Notes: generated from the sequence alone by a model not told the origin. Positions 1 through 9,155 are shown, counted from the stretch's first letter. The stretch is 64,000 nt of DNA from an uncultured Acidobacteriota bacterium (GCA_963700145.1 OY969474.1:1440001-1504000); one strand, 5' to 3'. Numbers and translations: made by a program.

Positions 1-249
1 GCGCAGCGCGACGCTGAAGGGCGTGTTGGCGAAGACCTCGTGCGGCGGGTCGAGCTCGACCGCCAGCCCGCGCACGTTGGCGCGCGAGGTCACCCCCGAC
101 ACCAGCAGCGCCCCGAGCATCACCGCCAGCACCATGTAGAGGGCGTTGTTCCCCGTATTCGTCGCCGCCACCGCCGTCACCAGCGCCAGCAGCACGTACC
201 ACAGCCCGACCTGGGTGATGCGGATGCCTTCGGGAACGGTGCGCGGCAT
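1..249 (-). CDS. DUF58-family protein, N-terminal part (runs off the window edge)
   Basis: Manual translation from ATG 249: MPRTVPEGIRITQVGLWYVLLALVTAVAATNTGNNALYMVLAVMLGALLVSG. The TM-NTGNNxLY-TM start is typical of MoxR-associated DUF58 proteins. Confidence 0.7.
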   Translation of the reverse strand, partial: MPRTVPEGIRITQVGLWYVLLALVTAVAATNTGNNALYMVLAVMLGALLVSGVTSRANVRGLAVELDPPHEVFANTPFSVALR

Positions 250-292
250 GAGGGCAAACCCTGAGCTCAGAAAAAGATACCAGAGACGCGAT

Positions 293-319
293 GGAGCGCC
301 GCCACGGTGGCGGCGCTCC
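293..319. terminator. GC-rich hairpin between the peptidase and DUF58 genes
   Basis: 13-bp arms GGAGCGCCGCCAC/GTGGCGGCGCTCC. The nearby A7 run lies on the wrong side for a canonical minus-strand terminator. Confidence 0.4.
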
Positions 320-348
320 GATCAAAAAAACAGGCTCTCGCGGGGTGT

Positions 349-1851
349 TTACGACCAGAACCGCACAACCGTCTGGTAACTGCTCGTCTGCCCGCCCGTG
401 TCGGTGACGGTCAGGGTCACCGGGTACTCGCCGGGGCCTTTCGGGTAGCTCTTGCGCGCCGTCGCCTTGGCGCCGGAGGTGCCGTCGCCGTCGCCGAAGG
501 ACCACTCGTAGGTGCCGATCCCCATGTCGTCGCTCGAGCGGGTGGCGTCGAAGCTGCACGAGTAGCGGTTGCCGTTGCAGCTCATCGTGAAGTAGGCGAC
601 CGGCGGGTCGTCGCTCGCGTCGGCGCCGGCGGCGGCGTAGAGCAGGAGGTCCGGCGAGCCGTCGCCGGCGGCGGTGACGGCGCCGCCGGTGGCCGCGTCG
701 ACGAGCGCCATCTGCACGACGTCCGGCGTCGCCTCGCGGTGGTCGGCCAGGTAGAGGGCGGCGGCGGCCGCGGCGTGCGGGGCGGCCATCGAGGTGCCGG
801 TGATCGGCAGGCTGTCCACGTTGCTGCGGATGAAGGCCGAGACGATCTGGTGGCCCGGCGCGAAGAGGTCCACGCAGGGCCCGAAGTTCGAGTAGCCCCA
901 GCGCTGGTCGAGGGCGTTGCTGGCGCCGACCGTGATCGCTTCGGGCAGGCGCGCCGGCGAGGAGGTGCAGGCGTCGGCCATGCGGTTGCCGGCCGCCACG
1001 GTGTAGGTGATGCCGGCGCGGATCGAGCTGCGCACCGCGTCGTCGAGCGGGATCGAGCTCAGGGTCTCGAGGCTGATGTTGGCCACCGCCTTCCAGCGCT
1101 TCGACGCCGGACCGGACTGGTGGGCCTGGTAGTTCGCGGTCACCCACTCGATGCCGCTGATCAGCCAGGAGACGGCGCTGAAGCCGGTGCAGTCGGCGAT
1201 CCGCACGGGGTGGAGGGTGACGCCCTTGGCGCCGCCGTAGGTGACGCCGCCGATGATGCCGGCGACGTGGGTGCCGTGGCCGTGACAGTCCTCGGTGCCG
1301 CGCCCGTCGGCGATCGTCGTGAAGCCGTTCGCCGTGTCGACGCGGCCGGCGAAGTCGGCGTGCGTGCTGAGGATGCCGGTGTCGAGGACGTAGACGTGGA
1401 TGCCGGCGCCGTTGCCGCCGTAGCTGTAAGCGCCGTCGAGGCCGGCGGCGCGCTGGTCGATGCGGTCGAGGCCCCAGGAGGGCGGGGCCTGCTGCGTCGC
1501 CGCCAGCTCGACGCGGCCGTCCTCGGCGACGTAGGCGACGCGGCTGTCGGCGGCCAGGGCCCGCGCCTGCTCGGCGGTGGCCTGGATGACGAAGCCCTTG
1601 AAAACGCGCTCGAAGCGGCGCGTCGGCCGGCCGCCGTAGCGCAGGCCGAGGGCGCTCGCCACCTCGGGCACGCTGGGGCCGTCGAGGAGCGAGCCGCCCG
1701 CCTCCCGCGCGGCGCCCTCCTCGAGCTTCACGATGTACTGCCCGCGGATCGGCTCGGGGCTCGCGACCACGCCGTCGGCCGCGGCGGCGGCGGTGGCGGA
1801 AGTCGTCAGGAGGATCGCCGCCAGGATCGTCGGGGTGGTGGTGGCTCGCAT
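349..1851 (-). CDS. Secreted S8 subtilisin/proteinase K-like protease with I9 propeptide and C-terminal PKD domain
   Basis: Signal peptide; triad motifs VLDTG, HGHGTHVAG, GTSMAAPH; SWGLDRIDQR; PKD-like YEWSFGDG...VTLTVTD. Confidence 0.93.
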   Translation of the reverse strand: MRATTTPTILAAILLTTSATAAAAADGVVASPEPIRGQYIVKLEEGAAREAGGSLLDGPSVPEVASALGLRYGGRPTRRFERVFKGFVIQATAEQARALAADSRVAYVAEDGRVELAATQQAPPSWGLDRIDQRAAGLDGAYSYGGNGAGIHVYVLDTGILSTHADFAGRVDTANGFTTIADGRGTEDCHGHGTHVAGIIGGVTYGGAKGVTLHPVRIADCTGFSAVSWLISGIEWVTANYQAHQSGPASKRWKAVANISLETLSSIPLDDAVRSSIRAGITYTVAAGNRMADACTSSPARLPEAITVGASNALDQRWGYSNFGPCVDLFAPGHQIVSAFIRSNVDSLPITGTSMAAPHAAAAAALYLADHREATPDVVQMALVDAATGGAVTAAGDGSPDLLLYAAAGADASDDPPVAYFTMSCNGNRYSCSFDATRSSDDMGIGTYEWSFGDGDGTSGAKATARKSYPKGPGEYPVTLTVTDTGGQTSSYQTVVRFWS

Positions 1852-1991
1852 CGCTCGGCCCTCGTCTGGTTCGCTTCGCGGATTGACTTCCGCTGACGAG
1901 AAGCAGCCTAGGGAGCGATCGAGAAGCGCTGGATCGGCCGGACGCTGGACTCAGCGTCGGCGTGCGAGGACGGGCGGTGTCGGTGCGAGTC

Positions 1992-2747
1992 CTACGGCGC
2001 GGTGCGCGACGCGGCCGGAAGGGAGACGCGCCAGCTCCCCTCCCGCGGGCTCTCCGTGGAGCCGCCCAGGGACCGGACCAGTTCCTCGGCCTCGGCGGGC
2101 GGCCGCCACGCCCCCGGGCTGGCCGTCACCTCGACCTCGAGGCAGGGCGCCGTCCCCTCGGCCCCCTCGGCGGCCGGCGGGACGCGGGCGGCGAGCGTGA
2201 GCCGCCCCTCCTCCCCCACGGCCTCCCGCGCGGCGAGCCCGAGCCGCAGGAGGAGCTGATGGACCACGGCGGGCTCGCCGAAGAGGAGAGGGAGGTCCGG
2301 CGGATAGTCGGTCACCAGCTCGACCCCGGGCGGCAGGGCCGTCCGCAGCATCCGCTGCGCGTCGGTCAGCAGGCTCCGGAGCTGGAACGGCGCCGGCTCG
2401 CCCGCCGCGCTGCTCGCCAGCGCAAGCATCTGGCGCAGCAGCGCCACCGCCTGCCGCAGGCTGTCCTCCAGGCCCGCCCGGACGTCCGTCTCCTCGGGTC
2501 CGCCGGGGGCCAGCAGCTCGAGCGACATGAGCGCCGTCGCCAGGAGATTGTTGAGGTGATGCGCAAGACCCCCGGCCAGGGCGGCGATGGCCTCCGCCTT
2601 GCCCGCGGCGAGCAGGGCCTCGCGGCGCGCCAGCGCGGCGGCCTCCTCCGGGCTCGCCGCCACGCTCGCTTCGAGCCCCGCCGCCTCCAGGCGGCGGGCG
2701 GCCTCGGCAGGGTCCCCCGCGGCGATCAGGATGATGGGTTGTCGCAC
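1992..2747 (-). CDS. Degenerate histidine-kinase-like protein (HisKA plus eroded HATPase)
   Basis: Likely GTG start at 2747; the longer ORF is a shadow of the RR gene. H-box LAGGLAHHLNNLL is present; N, G1 and G2 boxes are not recognisable. Confidence 0.65.
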   Translation of the reverse strand: MRQPIILIAAGDPAEAARRLEAAGLEASVAASPEEAAALARREALLAAGKAEAIAALAGGLAHHLNNLLATALMSLELLAPGGPEETDVRAGLEDSLRQAVALLRQMLALASSAAGEPAPFQLRSLLTDAQRMLRTALPPGVELVTDYPPDLPLLFGEPAVVHQLLLRLGLAAREAVGEEGRLTLAARVPPAAEGAEGTAPCLEVEVTASPGAWRPPAEAEELVRSLGGSTESPREGSWRVSLPAASRTAP

Positions 2748-2798
2748 TCGACCTCGGGTTTCAATTATGGTGCAAGCACGATCTGAAAGGCTGAGGGG

Positions 2799-3881
2799 GT
2801 GTCGGTGCGGCGGATCCTGGTAGTGGACGACCTCGAGCAGAACCGTCTGGTTCTGACGAAGATGCTGCAGCTGCTCGGCTACGAGGTCGAGACCGCCGCC
2901 GACGGCCTCGAGGCGCTGGCCAAGCTGCCGCTCGACATCGACCTCGTCCTCCTCGACGTCATGATGCCCGGCATCGACGGCTACGAGGTCGCCCGCCGCA
3001 TCCGCGCCGATCCGGCGGTGCGCGACCTCCCCGTCATCATGGTCACCGCGCTCGACCAGCGCGAGGACCGGGTGCGGGCGGTGGAGGCCGGGGCGAGCGA
3101 CTTCATCGCCAAGCCGGTGGACCGCACGGAGCTGCGGGTGCGGCTCGACTCGCAGATGCAGCTCAAGGAGGCGAAGGACGCGCTCAAGCGCCACAGCCAG
3201 GAGCTCGAGGGGAAGGTCGAGCAGCGCACCGCCGCCCTGCGCCGGGCGCTCGAGGAGATGGCCGAGGCCCAGCGCCTGACCTACGCCGCGCAGCTCGACA
3301 CCATCCACCGGCTCGTCATCGCCGCCGGCTACAAGGACTTCGACACCGCCGAGCACATCCAGCGGCTGAGCCGGCTCGGGACCGTGCTCGCCGAGGCCCT
3401 GCACCTCCCTCCCGGCGAGATCGAGGTGCTGCGCCACGCCATCCCGATGCACGACGTGGGGAAGATCGGCATCCCGGACGCCATCCTGCTCAAGCCCGGC
3501 CGCCTGACGCCGGAAGAGCGCGGCGTCATGGAGACGCACACGACGATCGGCTCGCGCATCCTCGCCGGCTCGAGCTCCCCGCTGCTCCAGGCCGGCGAGA
3601 CGATCGCGCTCACCCATCACGAGCGCTGGGACGGCACGGGCTATCCGCAAAAGCTCGCCGGCGAGGACATCCCGCTCAGCGGCCGCCTCTGCGCCCTCGT
3701 CGACGTCTACGACGCCCTCTCCTCGAACCGCCCCTACCGGCCGGCGCTCCCCGAGAGCGAGACGCTGACCCTGATGCGCGAAGGCCGGGGCACGCAGTTC
3801 GACCCCGATCTCTTCGACCTCTTCCTCGAGCAGCTCACCCGCATCCGCGAGGTCCGCGCCCAGGCGCCGGCCGGCGCGTAG
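2799..3881 (+). CDS. REC-HD-GYP response regulator (c-di-GMP phosphodiesterase, RpfG-like)
   Basis: REC motifs ILVVDD, LLDVMMP, FIAKP; HDVGKIG and HHERWDGTGYP. Confidence 0.93.
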   Translation: MSVRRILVVDDLEQNRLVLTKMLQLLGYEVETAADGLEALAKLPLDIDLVLLDVMMPGIDGYEVARRIRADPAVRDLPVIMVTALDQREDRVRAVEAGASDFIAKPVDRTELRVRLDSQMQLKEAKDALKRHSQELEGKVEQRTAALRRALEEMAEAQRLTYAAQLDTIHRLVIAAGYKDFDTAEHIQRLSRLGTVLAEALHLPPGEIEVLRHAIPMHDVGKIGIPDAILLKPGRLTPEERGVMETHTTIGSRILAGSSSPLLQAGETIALTHHERWDGTGYPQKLAGEDIPLSGRLCALVDVYDALSSNRPYRPALPESETLTLMREGRGTQFDPDLFDLFLEQLTRIREVRAQAPAGA

Positions 3882-3930
3882 GCGCCGGCGACGCTTCTCC
3901 GCTGGCTAGGCTCGAGTTCTCCGCTCGCCA

Positions 3931-4863
3931 TCACTTTTCCACGGGGACCGCCAACCGTTCGAGGACGCGGGCCGCCCTCGGCAACTCGCGGGGCGGCGTT
4001 TTCCACTCTCGACCCACCTGTGCCTGATGTTTCCCGGGACTGCTCCAGTGGACGAAGACCCAGTCCACCGGGTCGAGCCAGCCCTTGTGGGGCGGCCGGG
4101 CGGACTGCCTCAGGCTGGCGACGAGGCCGCCCTCGAAGCGGACCACATGCAGCGGCAGGAGCAGCTTCTCCGGGAACGGCCCGGCCGTCGCGCGCGCCTT
4201 GAGCTCCCGGCGCAGCAAGGGTCGTTCGGCGAGTAACCGGCGCAGCCAGCGGAGAGAGGCGAAGTAGTAGGGGCTGCGGCTGGTGCCGGGGAGCTCCAGC
4301 TTCTCGGCCGCGACGATCTGTCCTTTCTCCCGCCGGTGCGGCAGGCCGAGGACTTCGCGGACGAGCGCGGCGGCGGCTTGGTTGCGTGGGAGCGCGGTCT
4401 TCGTGCGCAGGCCGGGGGCCCAGGGCTCGCCGTCGGGCGAGGCGAGCGCGTTGTAGAGGCGGAGGGCGCGGCCGAGCCAGTCGAGGGCGAGGTTCCTGAG
4501 CTTGGGGCGGGGGTGCTCGAGGGTGGCGCAGAGGATGGCGGTGTGGGCTTCGAGGTGCATGCCGGCGTGGGGGTCCGGGCAGAGGCACTCGGTGCGGTAC
4601 ATGCCCTGCTCGCGCTCCAGCTCGTAGAGCTTGACGACCTGGGCGAAGGCCAGGCGGCGCTCGGCGGGCTCGACCTCGGCCAAGAGCACCCGCCAGAGCC
4701 AGCTGGCGGCGAGCATGGCCTGGTAGTTGGCGGTCTCGGCCCAGGTGCCGTCGTCGAGGCCGAGGATCTTGCGGAGGTAGGGATCCTGGCGGGGGTCGGA
4801 GACGACGCGGCCTGCGAAGCAGGCGGCGAGGCGGGCTTGGAGGCCGACGTGGGCGGGTTTCAT
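3931..4863 (-). CDS. Hypothetical protein, 310 aa
   Basis: Protein-like composition with GC3 bias; no family recognised; contains CLCPDPHAGMH. Confidence 0.7.
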   Translation of the reverse strand: MKPAHVGLQARLAACFAGRVVSDPRQDPYLRKILGLDDGTWAETANYQAMLAASWLWRVLLAEVEPAERRLAFAQVVKLYELEREQGMYRTECLCPDPHAGMHLEAHTAILCATLEHPRPKLRNLALDWLGRALRLYNALASPDGEPWAPGLRTKTALPRNQAAAALVREVLGLPHRREKGQIVAAEKLELPGTSRSPYYFASLRWLRRLLAERPLLRRELKARATAGPFPEKLLLPLHVVRFEGGLVASLRQSARPPHKGWLDPVDWVFVHWSSPGKHQAQVGREWKTPPRELPRAARVLERLAVPVEK

Positions 4864-4888
4864 GGGTGGCTTCGGGGTCAGGAAACGA

Positions 4889-4910
4889 CGGGGGGCGTCA
4901 CCGCCCCCCG
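4889..4910 (-). terminator. Hairpin downstream of the 127-aa gene
   Basis: CGGGGGGCG-tcac-CGCCCCCCG, followed on the minus strand by TCGTTT. Confidence 0.5.
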
Positions 4911-4923
4911 CGGTGCGCTCAGC

Positions 4924-5307
4924 CTACTTCGTCGCCGCCGGAGTGGGCTCCGACGCCGGTGCCGGCGGCGGGGTCTCGGGCTTCTTCGTGCGCCGCCCGC
5001 CGCGCGGCCGGAGGCCGAACTCGTGGAGCACCTTGTTCTTGGTGCCAAACTGACCGCGCAGGGCGGCGTCGGCCTGGCTGCGCAGCTCGACGCCGCGGGC
5101 CTCGGCTCGCCGGCGCTTCTCGTTGGTCTCCCGCAGGCGCGCGGTGTAGATCTCCTGCTGGGTCTCGAGGCCCCGGGTCTCCGCGAGCCAGGCTTCGAGG
5201 TCGGTCTGCAGCGGCTCGAGAAGCGGGATCTCGGGCAGGCGCGCCTTGAGGTTGGTGCTCAGGATGTCCATCGCCGCGATGAGGTTGATCAGGTTCCGGT
5301 CAGGCAT
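4924..5307 (-). CDS. Small coiled-coil protein with basic/Pro-rich tail (FGxKxxxLxEFG motif)
   Basis: SD AAGGAG upstream; helical heptad pattern; tail RPRGGRRTKKPETPPP. Confidence 0.8.
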   Translation of the reverse strand: MPDRNLINLIAAMDILSTNLKARLPEIPLLEPLQTDLEAWLAETRGLETQQEIYTARLRETNEKRRRAEARGVELRSQADAALRGQFGTKNKVLHEFGLRPRGGRRTKKPETPPPAPASEPTPAATK

Positions 5308-5392
5308 GGGGGCTCTCCTTCAATCCAGACAGTGGACGAAAGCGCCAAGCGGAGGATTCCGCCGGCGCGGGTGAGAGGGAGGGGCGGCGGGG

Positions 5393-5665
5393 GAAGCCTC
5401 GCCACGCGTTGGCGAAGCTTCCCTTTTCAAGAGCGAAGCTTCCCCACCGGAAAGCGAAGCTTGGCTGTTCAAAGGGGAAGCTTTCCCGTCCGAGAGCGAA
5501 GCTTCGCTTTTCAAAAGACAAGCTTCGCCATCGGAAAGCGAAGCTTCGCCTTTCAAGAGGGAAGCTTCGCCAACGGAAAGGGAAGCTTCGCTTTTCGAAG
5601 GTGAAGCTTCGCCATCGGAAGGGGAAGCTTCGCTTTTCAGAGGGCAAGCTTCCCCAGTCGGGAGG
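5393..5665. repeat. 21-bp-period tandem array 1: 13 units, palindromic core GAAGCTTC
   Basis: Cores at 5393, 5414 ... 5645. The 13-bp linkers alternate between GCTTTTCAA-type and GCCATCGGA-type. Confidence 0.97.
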
Positions 5666-5708
5666 GGTCGAGCCGCTTCCGGGTTGTTTTGTTCCCTCAT
5701 GAGCGGGT

Positions 5709-5737
5709 ATTTAACCCGTTCAGTGTGGCGAAGTCAA
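5709..5737 (-). promoter_or_regulatory. Putative sigma70 promoter reading into array 1 and the 127-aa gene
   Basis: TTGACT-17 bp-TTAAAT on the minus strand, in an AT-rich patch. Confidence 0.45.
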
Positions 5738-5859
5738 CCCTTCACCATGCGCGAGGGGCGGAAGGACAAGGCGGCGGAGGCCTTCGCCCGCGGCGGCGGA
5801 CTTCCGGCGGGCAGCGAGGCTCGCGCTCGAGATCGGGGGACGAGGGGAAGGCGGGCGAG

Positions 5860-6070
5860 CACTCCCTGCGAGCTGCCCTCGGCGAGGTCCCCGACGGCTA
5901 CGCCGGCGCGCTCCGCCCCGGCCTGCCGGCCGCGTGGCCGGCCTTCCTCGACAAGCTCCTGGCGAAGCAGCCGGCGCAGCGCTACGGCTCGGCCGAAGAG
6001 GTGCTGGCAGCGCTCGCGGCGCTGCCGGAGGCGGAGGACGAGACGGTCGTGCTCAAGAGGCAAGCGTCAG
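5860..6070 (+). pseudogene. Remnant of a Ser/Thr kinase C-lobe end
   Basis: LRPGLPAAWPAFLDKLLAKQPAQRYGSAEEVLAAL resembles Hanks kinase subdomain XI; no upstream kinase motifs; boundaries approximate. Confidence 0.55.
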
Positions 6071-6648
6071 GGACGCTTGATCAGGCTTCCCGTGAGCCGG
6101 TTGACCGAGGCGTCCGGGAAGACGCCGCCGTCGGGAGCGAGCTGCCCCTTCGCCACGATCGCCGCGCGCAGCGTGAACTTGGAGACGGGACGCGCGCCTA
6201 TGCCGACGAGCCAGCCCTCGATGTGGTCCTTTTCGTCGCACCGTTCGCCGAGCGCCTGGTGGGAGCCGCTGCGGCTGATGAGCTCGAGGATGCCCCGGAA
6301 GTAGAGAACGTCAGGCTGCGGCGGGTTCTTCTTGACGATGCGGAACTGGCCCATGAAATGGGCGAAGCCGTCGGCGCGGGCGATGGTGACGCCTTTCGCG
6401 GTGAGCTGGGTGGACGGCCAGATCGCGAGGCTCTCGTCGCACTGGAGAGCCGCCGTGATCCGCCAGGTGAAGGTGGTGACGAAGCGGACCGTCCTTCCGG
6501 CCCCGCCTCCGCCTTCGCACGTGTACGACGACGGCTTCGCGCCGTCGAAGACGCCGTCGAAGGTGCGGTCGACCCTGAAGAGACAGTAGCTCACGTTCGC
6601 CGCAAGGCCGGGGATCGTCACGTCCGGGAACGAGCTCAGAGGGGGCAT
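6067..6648 (-). CDS. Hypothetical beta-rich protein, 193 aa
   Basis: Strong SD GGAGGTGA before ATG; coding-like codon usage. Confidence 0.75.
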   Translation of the reverse strand: MPPLSSFPDVTIPGLAANVSYCLFRVDRTFDGVFDGAKPSSYTCEGGGGAGRTVRFVTTFTWRITAALQCDESLAIWPSTQLTAKGVTIARADGFAHFMGQFRIVKKNPPQPDVLYFRGILELISRSGSHQALGERCDEKDHIEGWLVGIGARPVSKFTLRAAIVAKGQLAPDGGVFPDASVNRLTGSLIKRP

Positions 6649-6690
6649 GGATCACCTCCATTCCCGAGTGTAGAACGATCTCCAGCCGCG

Positions 6691-7656
6691 TCATACCGTG
6701 ACCACGACCTTCCCCCGCGCGTGCCCCTCTTCCAGGTACCGGATCGCTTCCGGCGCCTCGCGCAACCCGTAGCTCTTGTCGAGAACCGGCGTCACCTTGC
6801 CGGCGGCGATCAGGTCGCGCAGGAAGGTCAGGTCCTCCTTGTTCCGCCGCGCCATGGACACGACGAGCTTCTGGCTCACGAACGGCGACACCAGGAGCGT
6901 CTTGAGCAGACGGAGGAGCGGGCCGACCCACGGGCCGCCCGAGCCGCCGATCACGACGTAGATGCCCTTGGGCTCGAGGGCGCGCCGGCAGGCCGACAAG
7001 GAGTGGTTGCCGATGCAGTCGAGGATCACGTCGTAGCGGCGCCCGGTCTTGGTGAAGTCCTCCCGCCGGTAGTCGACGACGCGGTCCGCGCCGATCGAGC
7101 GCACCAGGTCCACGTTCCGCGTGCTGCAGACGCCGGTCACCTCGGCGCCGAGCGCCTTGGCGATCTGCACGGCGAAGGTGCCCACGCCTCCCGCCGCGCC
7201 GTTGACCAGGACCGTCTGGCCCGGCCGCACCCGCCCCCGGTCGCGCAGGCTCTGCAGCGCGGTGAGCGCCGCCATCGGCACCGCGGCGGCCTGCTCGAAG
7301 GTCATGCTCGGCGGCTTGACGACCAGCGCCGACTCGGCAGCGCACACGTACTCGGCGAGGGCCCCGCGGCAGGCGCCGAAGACCTCGTCGCCTACTTTGA
7401 GCTGCGTCACGTTCCTGCCCACCGCCTCGACCCGGCCGGCCACGTCGGCGCCTAGCCGCGTCTCCTTCGGCTTGCGCAGCCCGGTGCCCAGGCGGAAGAG
7501 GTACGGCGTGCCGCGCATGCTGTACCAGTCGAGCGGATTGACCGACGCCGCGCGCACCCGCACCAGGACGTCGTCGTCCCCGACGGCCGGCTGCGCGACC
7601 TCCTCGCAGCGCAGGACGTCGGGCGAGCCGTAGCGGTGGTAGACGATCGCCTTCAT
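6691..7656 (-). CDS. NAD(P)-dependent MDR-family oxidoreductase (quinone reductase-like)
   Basis: MKAIVY..YGSPDVL, AASVNPLD, VNGAAGGVG, HARGKVVV. Confidence 0.92.
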   Translation of the reverse strand: MKAIVYHRYGSPDVLRCEEVAQPAVGDDDVLVRVRAASVNPLDWYSMRGTPYLFRLGTGLRKPKETRLGADVAGRVEAVGRNVTQLKVGDEVFGACRGALAEYVCAAESALVVKPPSMTFEQAAAVPMAALTALQSLRDRGRVRPGQTVLVNGAAGGVGTFAVQIAKALGAEVTGVCSTRNVDLVRSIGADRVVDYRREDFTKTGRRYDVILDCIGNHSLSACRRALEPKGIYVVIGGSGGPWVGPLLRLLKTLLVSPFVSQKLVVSMARRNKEDLTFLRDLIAAGKVTPVLDKSYGLREAPEAIRYLEEGHARGKVVVTV

Positions 7657-7709
7657 CGCAGGCTCCTTCGCGGTTATTTCTCCTCCCTACGGCCGGCGGG
7701 CGCGGGTTG

Positions 7710-9155
7710 TTACAGCTCGTCGGCGCGCAGCGCGAACGACAGCTCCGGCGTCTGTGCGAGGCAACTCGCGTCCAGGCCCTCCAGGCCGCCGGCGGCGACG
7801 AAGGCCTGCACCATCCCCGCGACGCACGGGTCCGTGTCGTTGTGCCCCCGGCGGGGCAGGACGAGGTGGCGCGCGTTGGTGAGGGACCGCGCCGCCCTCT
7901 CGCCGTAGCGCGGCGCGGTGACGTGGTCCAGGGCGCCGGTGAGGATCAAGGCGGGAACGTCGGAGCGGACCGGCGCCCGGTAGCCCTCGGGCAGCCAGCC
8001 GCGCGCCCACTCGCCGCAGGCGAGGACCTCGCGGCCGAGACGGAACCCGCCCAGGAACGTGCCGGCCGTCGCGGCCGGCACGGCGGCGGCGTCGAACTGC
8101 GGGATCTCGTCGCTGCAGATGATCGAGAGGTAGACGCCTTTCGGGATCCCGCTCTCTCCCCGGGCCGCCAGCCGGCGGGCGAGCGGCTGGTAGTCGCCGG
8201 CATGGGCGAGGTGGATCAGGAGAGGCAGGTCGTGGATCCGCTCGGCCGAGAACAGCACGCTGAGAACGAAGCCGCCGAGGACCTCGGCGTCGATCGGGAC
8301 CTCCACCTCCTGGCCGGTCTCCGGCTTCCTCACCTTGACCTTGACGGGCTTGCCGGCGAGGCGCTCGCGCAGCGCGCCGAACTCCCGGGCGAGGTGCGGG
8401 AAGGCGGCGTGGCAACCCTGGTGCCGGGCGCAGGCGGCGAAGACCTCCTCCAGCGCCGACTGGGAGGAGCGCGGAACCTCGAGCCAGATCGGCGCGTCGA
8501 TGGGGACCACGCCGTGCAGGACGACGGACCGGACGCGCTCCGGATGCCGGCGCAGGTAGACCATCGCCGCCTTGGTGCCGTACGACACGCCGTAGAGGTT
8601 GAGCCGCGGATAGCCGAGCCAGGCGCGGACCTCGTCGAGGTCGTCCATCGCGACGGGAGTCGTGTAGTAGCGCAGGTCGGCCTTGCGTTCCAGCTCCCGG
8701 CGGCAGCGGCGCACCGCCTCCCGGAAGCGCGCCTCGTCCCGGTACTCCGCGTTGGCGGGGTCCGTGGACAGCGCGCATTCCAGCGCGTTGGACGCCCCGC
8801 TCCCCCGCTGGTCGATCAGGACGATGTCGTGGCGCCGCCGCAGGTCGGGAAAGGCCCGGCTGAAGTAGCTCGCGTAGCTGGTGGCCGGCACGACGCCGCC
8901 GCCGGCGAGAAAGACCAGCGGGTCGGGCGCTACGTCCGGGGTCGTCGCCGGCAGGACCACGACGTTGAGACCGATCTTCCGTTCCGTGCCGGCGGCGCGG
9001 TCCTCGTCGACCTCGTACCGGCCGCAGAGGACCTCCTCCTTCACGCCCGGGACGCGGCAAGGCGCCAGCTTGTCCGTCGGGCCGCGGCCCGGAGCCGCGC
9101 CGAGCGACAGCAGGAGGACGACGGCCGGAAGGGCCGGATTCACCGTGCGAGTCAT
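7710..9155 (-). CDS. Secreted alpha/beta hydrolase (TAP-like S33 peptidase)
   Basis: Signal peptide, DQRGSG, nucleophile GVSYG, D in GALDHVT and H in RGHN. Confidence 0.88.
   Translation of the reverse strand: MTRTVNPALPAVVLLLSLGAAPGRGPTDKLAPCRVPGVKEEVLCGRYEVDEDRAAGTERKIGLNVVVLPATTPDVAPDPLVFLAGGGVVPATSYASYFSRAFPDLRRRHDIVLIDQRGSGASNALECALSTDPANAEYRDEARFREAVRRCRRELERKADLRYYTTPVAMDDLDEVRAWLGYPRLNLYGVSYGTKAAMVYLRRHPERVRSVVLHGVVPIDAPIWLEVPRSSQSALEEVFAACARHQGCHAAFPHLAREFGALRERLAGKPVKVKVRKPETGQEVEVPIDAEVLGGFVLSVLFSAERIHDLPLLIHLAHAGDYQPLARRLAARGESGIPKGVYLSIICSDEIPQFDAAAVPAATAGTFLGGFRLGREVLACGEWARGWLPEGYRAPVRSDVPALILTGALDHVTAPRYGERAARSLTNARHLVLPRRGHNDTDPCVAGMVQAFVAAGGLEGLDASCLAQTPELSFALRADEL

Noticed and set aside
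1852-1910. Riboswitch in the S8 protease leader
   Set aside because: Only a short GCGGA/TCCGC hairpin; no known aptamer consensus recognised.
5393-5665. CRISPR or guide-RNA array interpretation of the 21-bp arrays (also 61915-62187)
   Set aside because: The repeat is only 8 bp, the 13-bp linkers are variants of two sequences rather than unique spacers, and no cas or nuclease gene is nearby.
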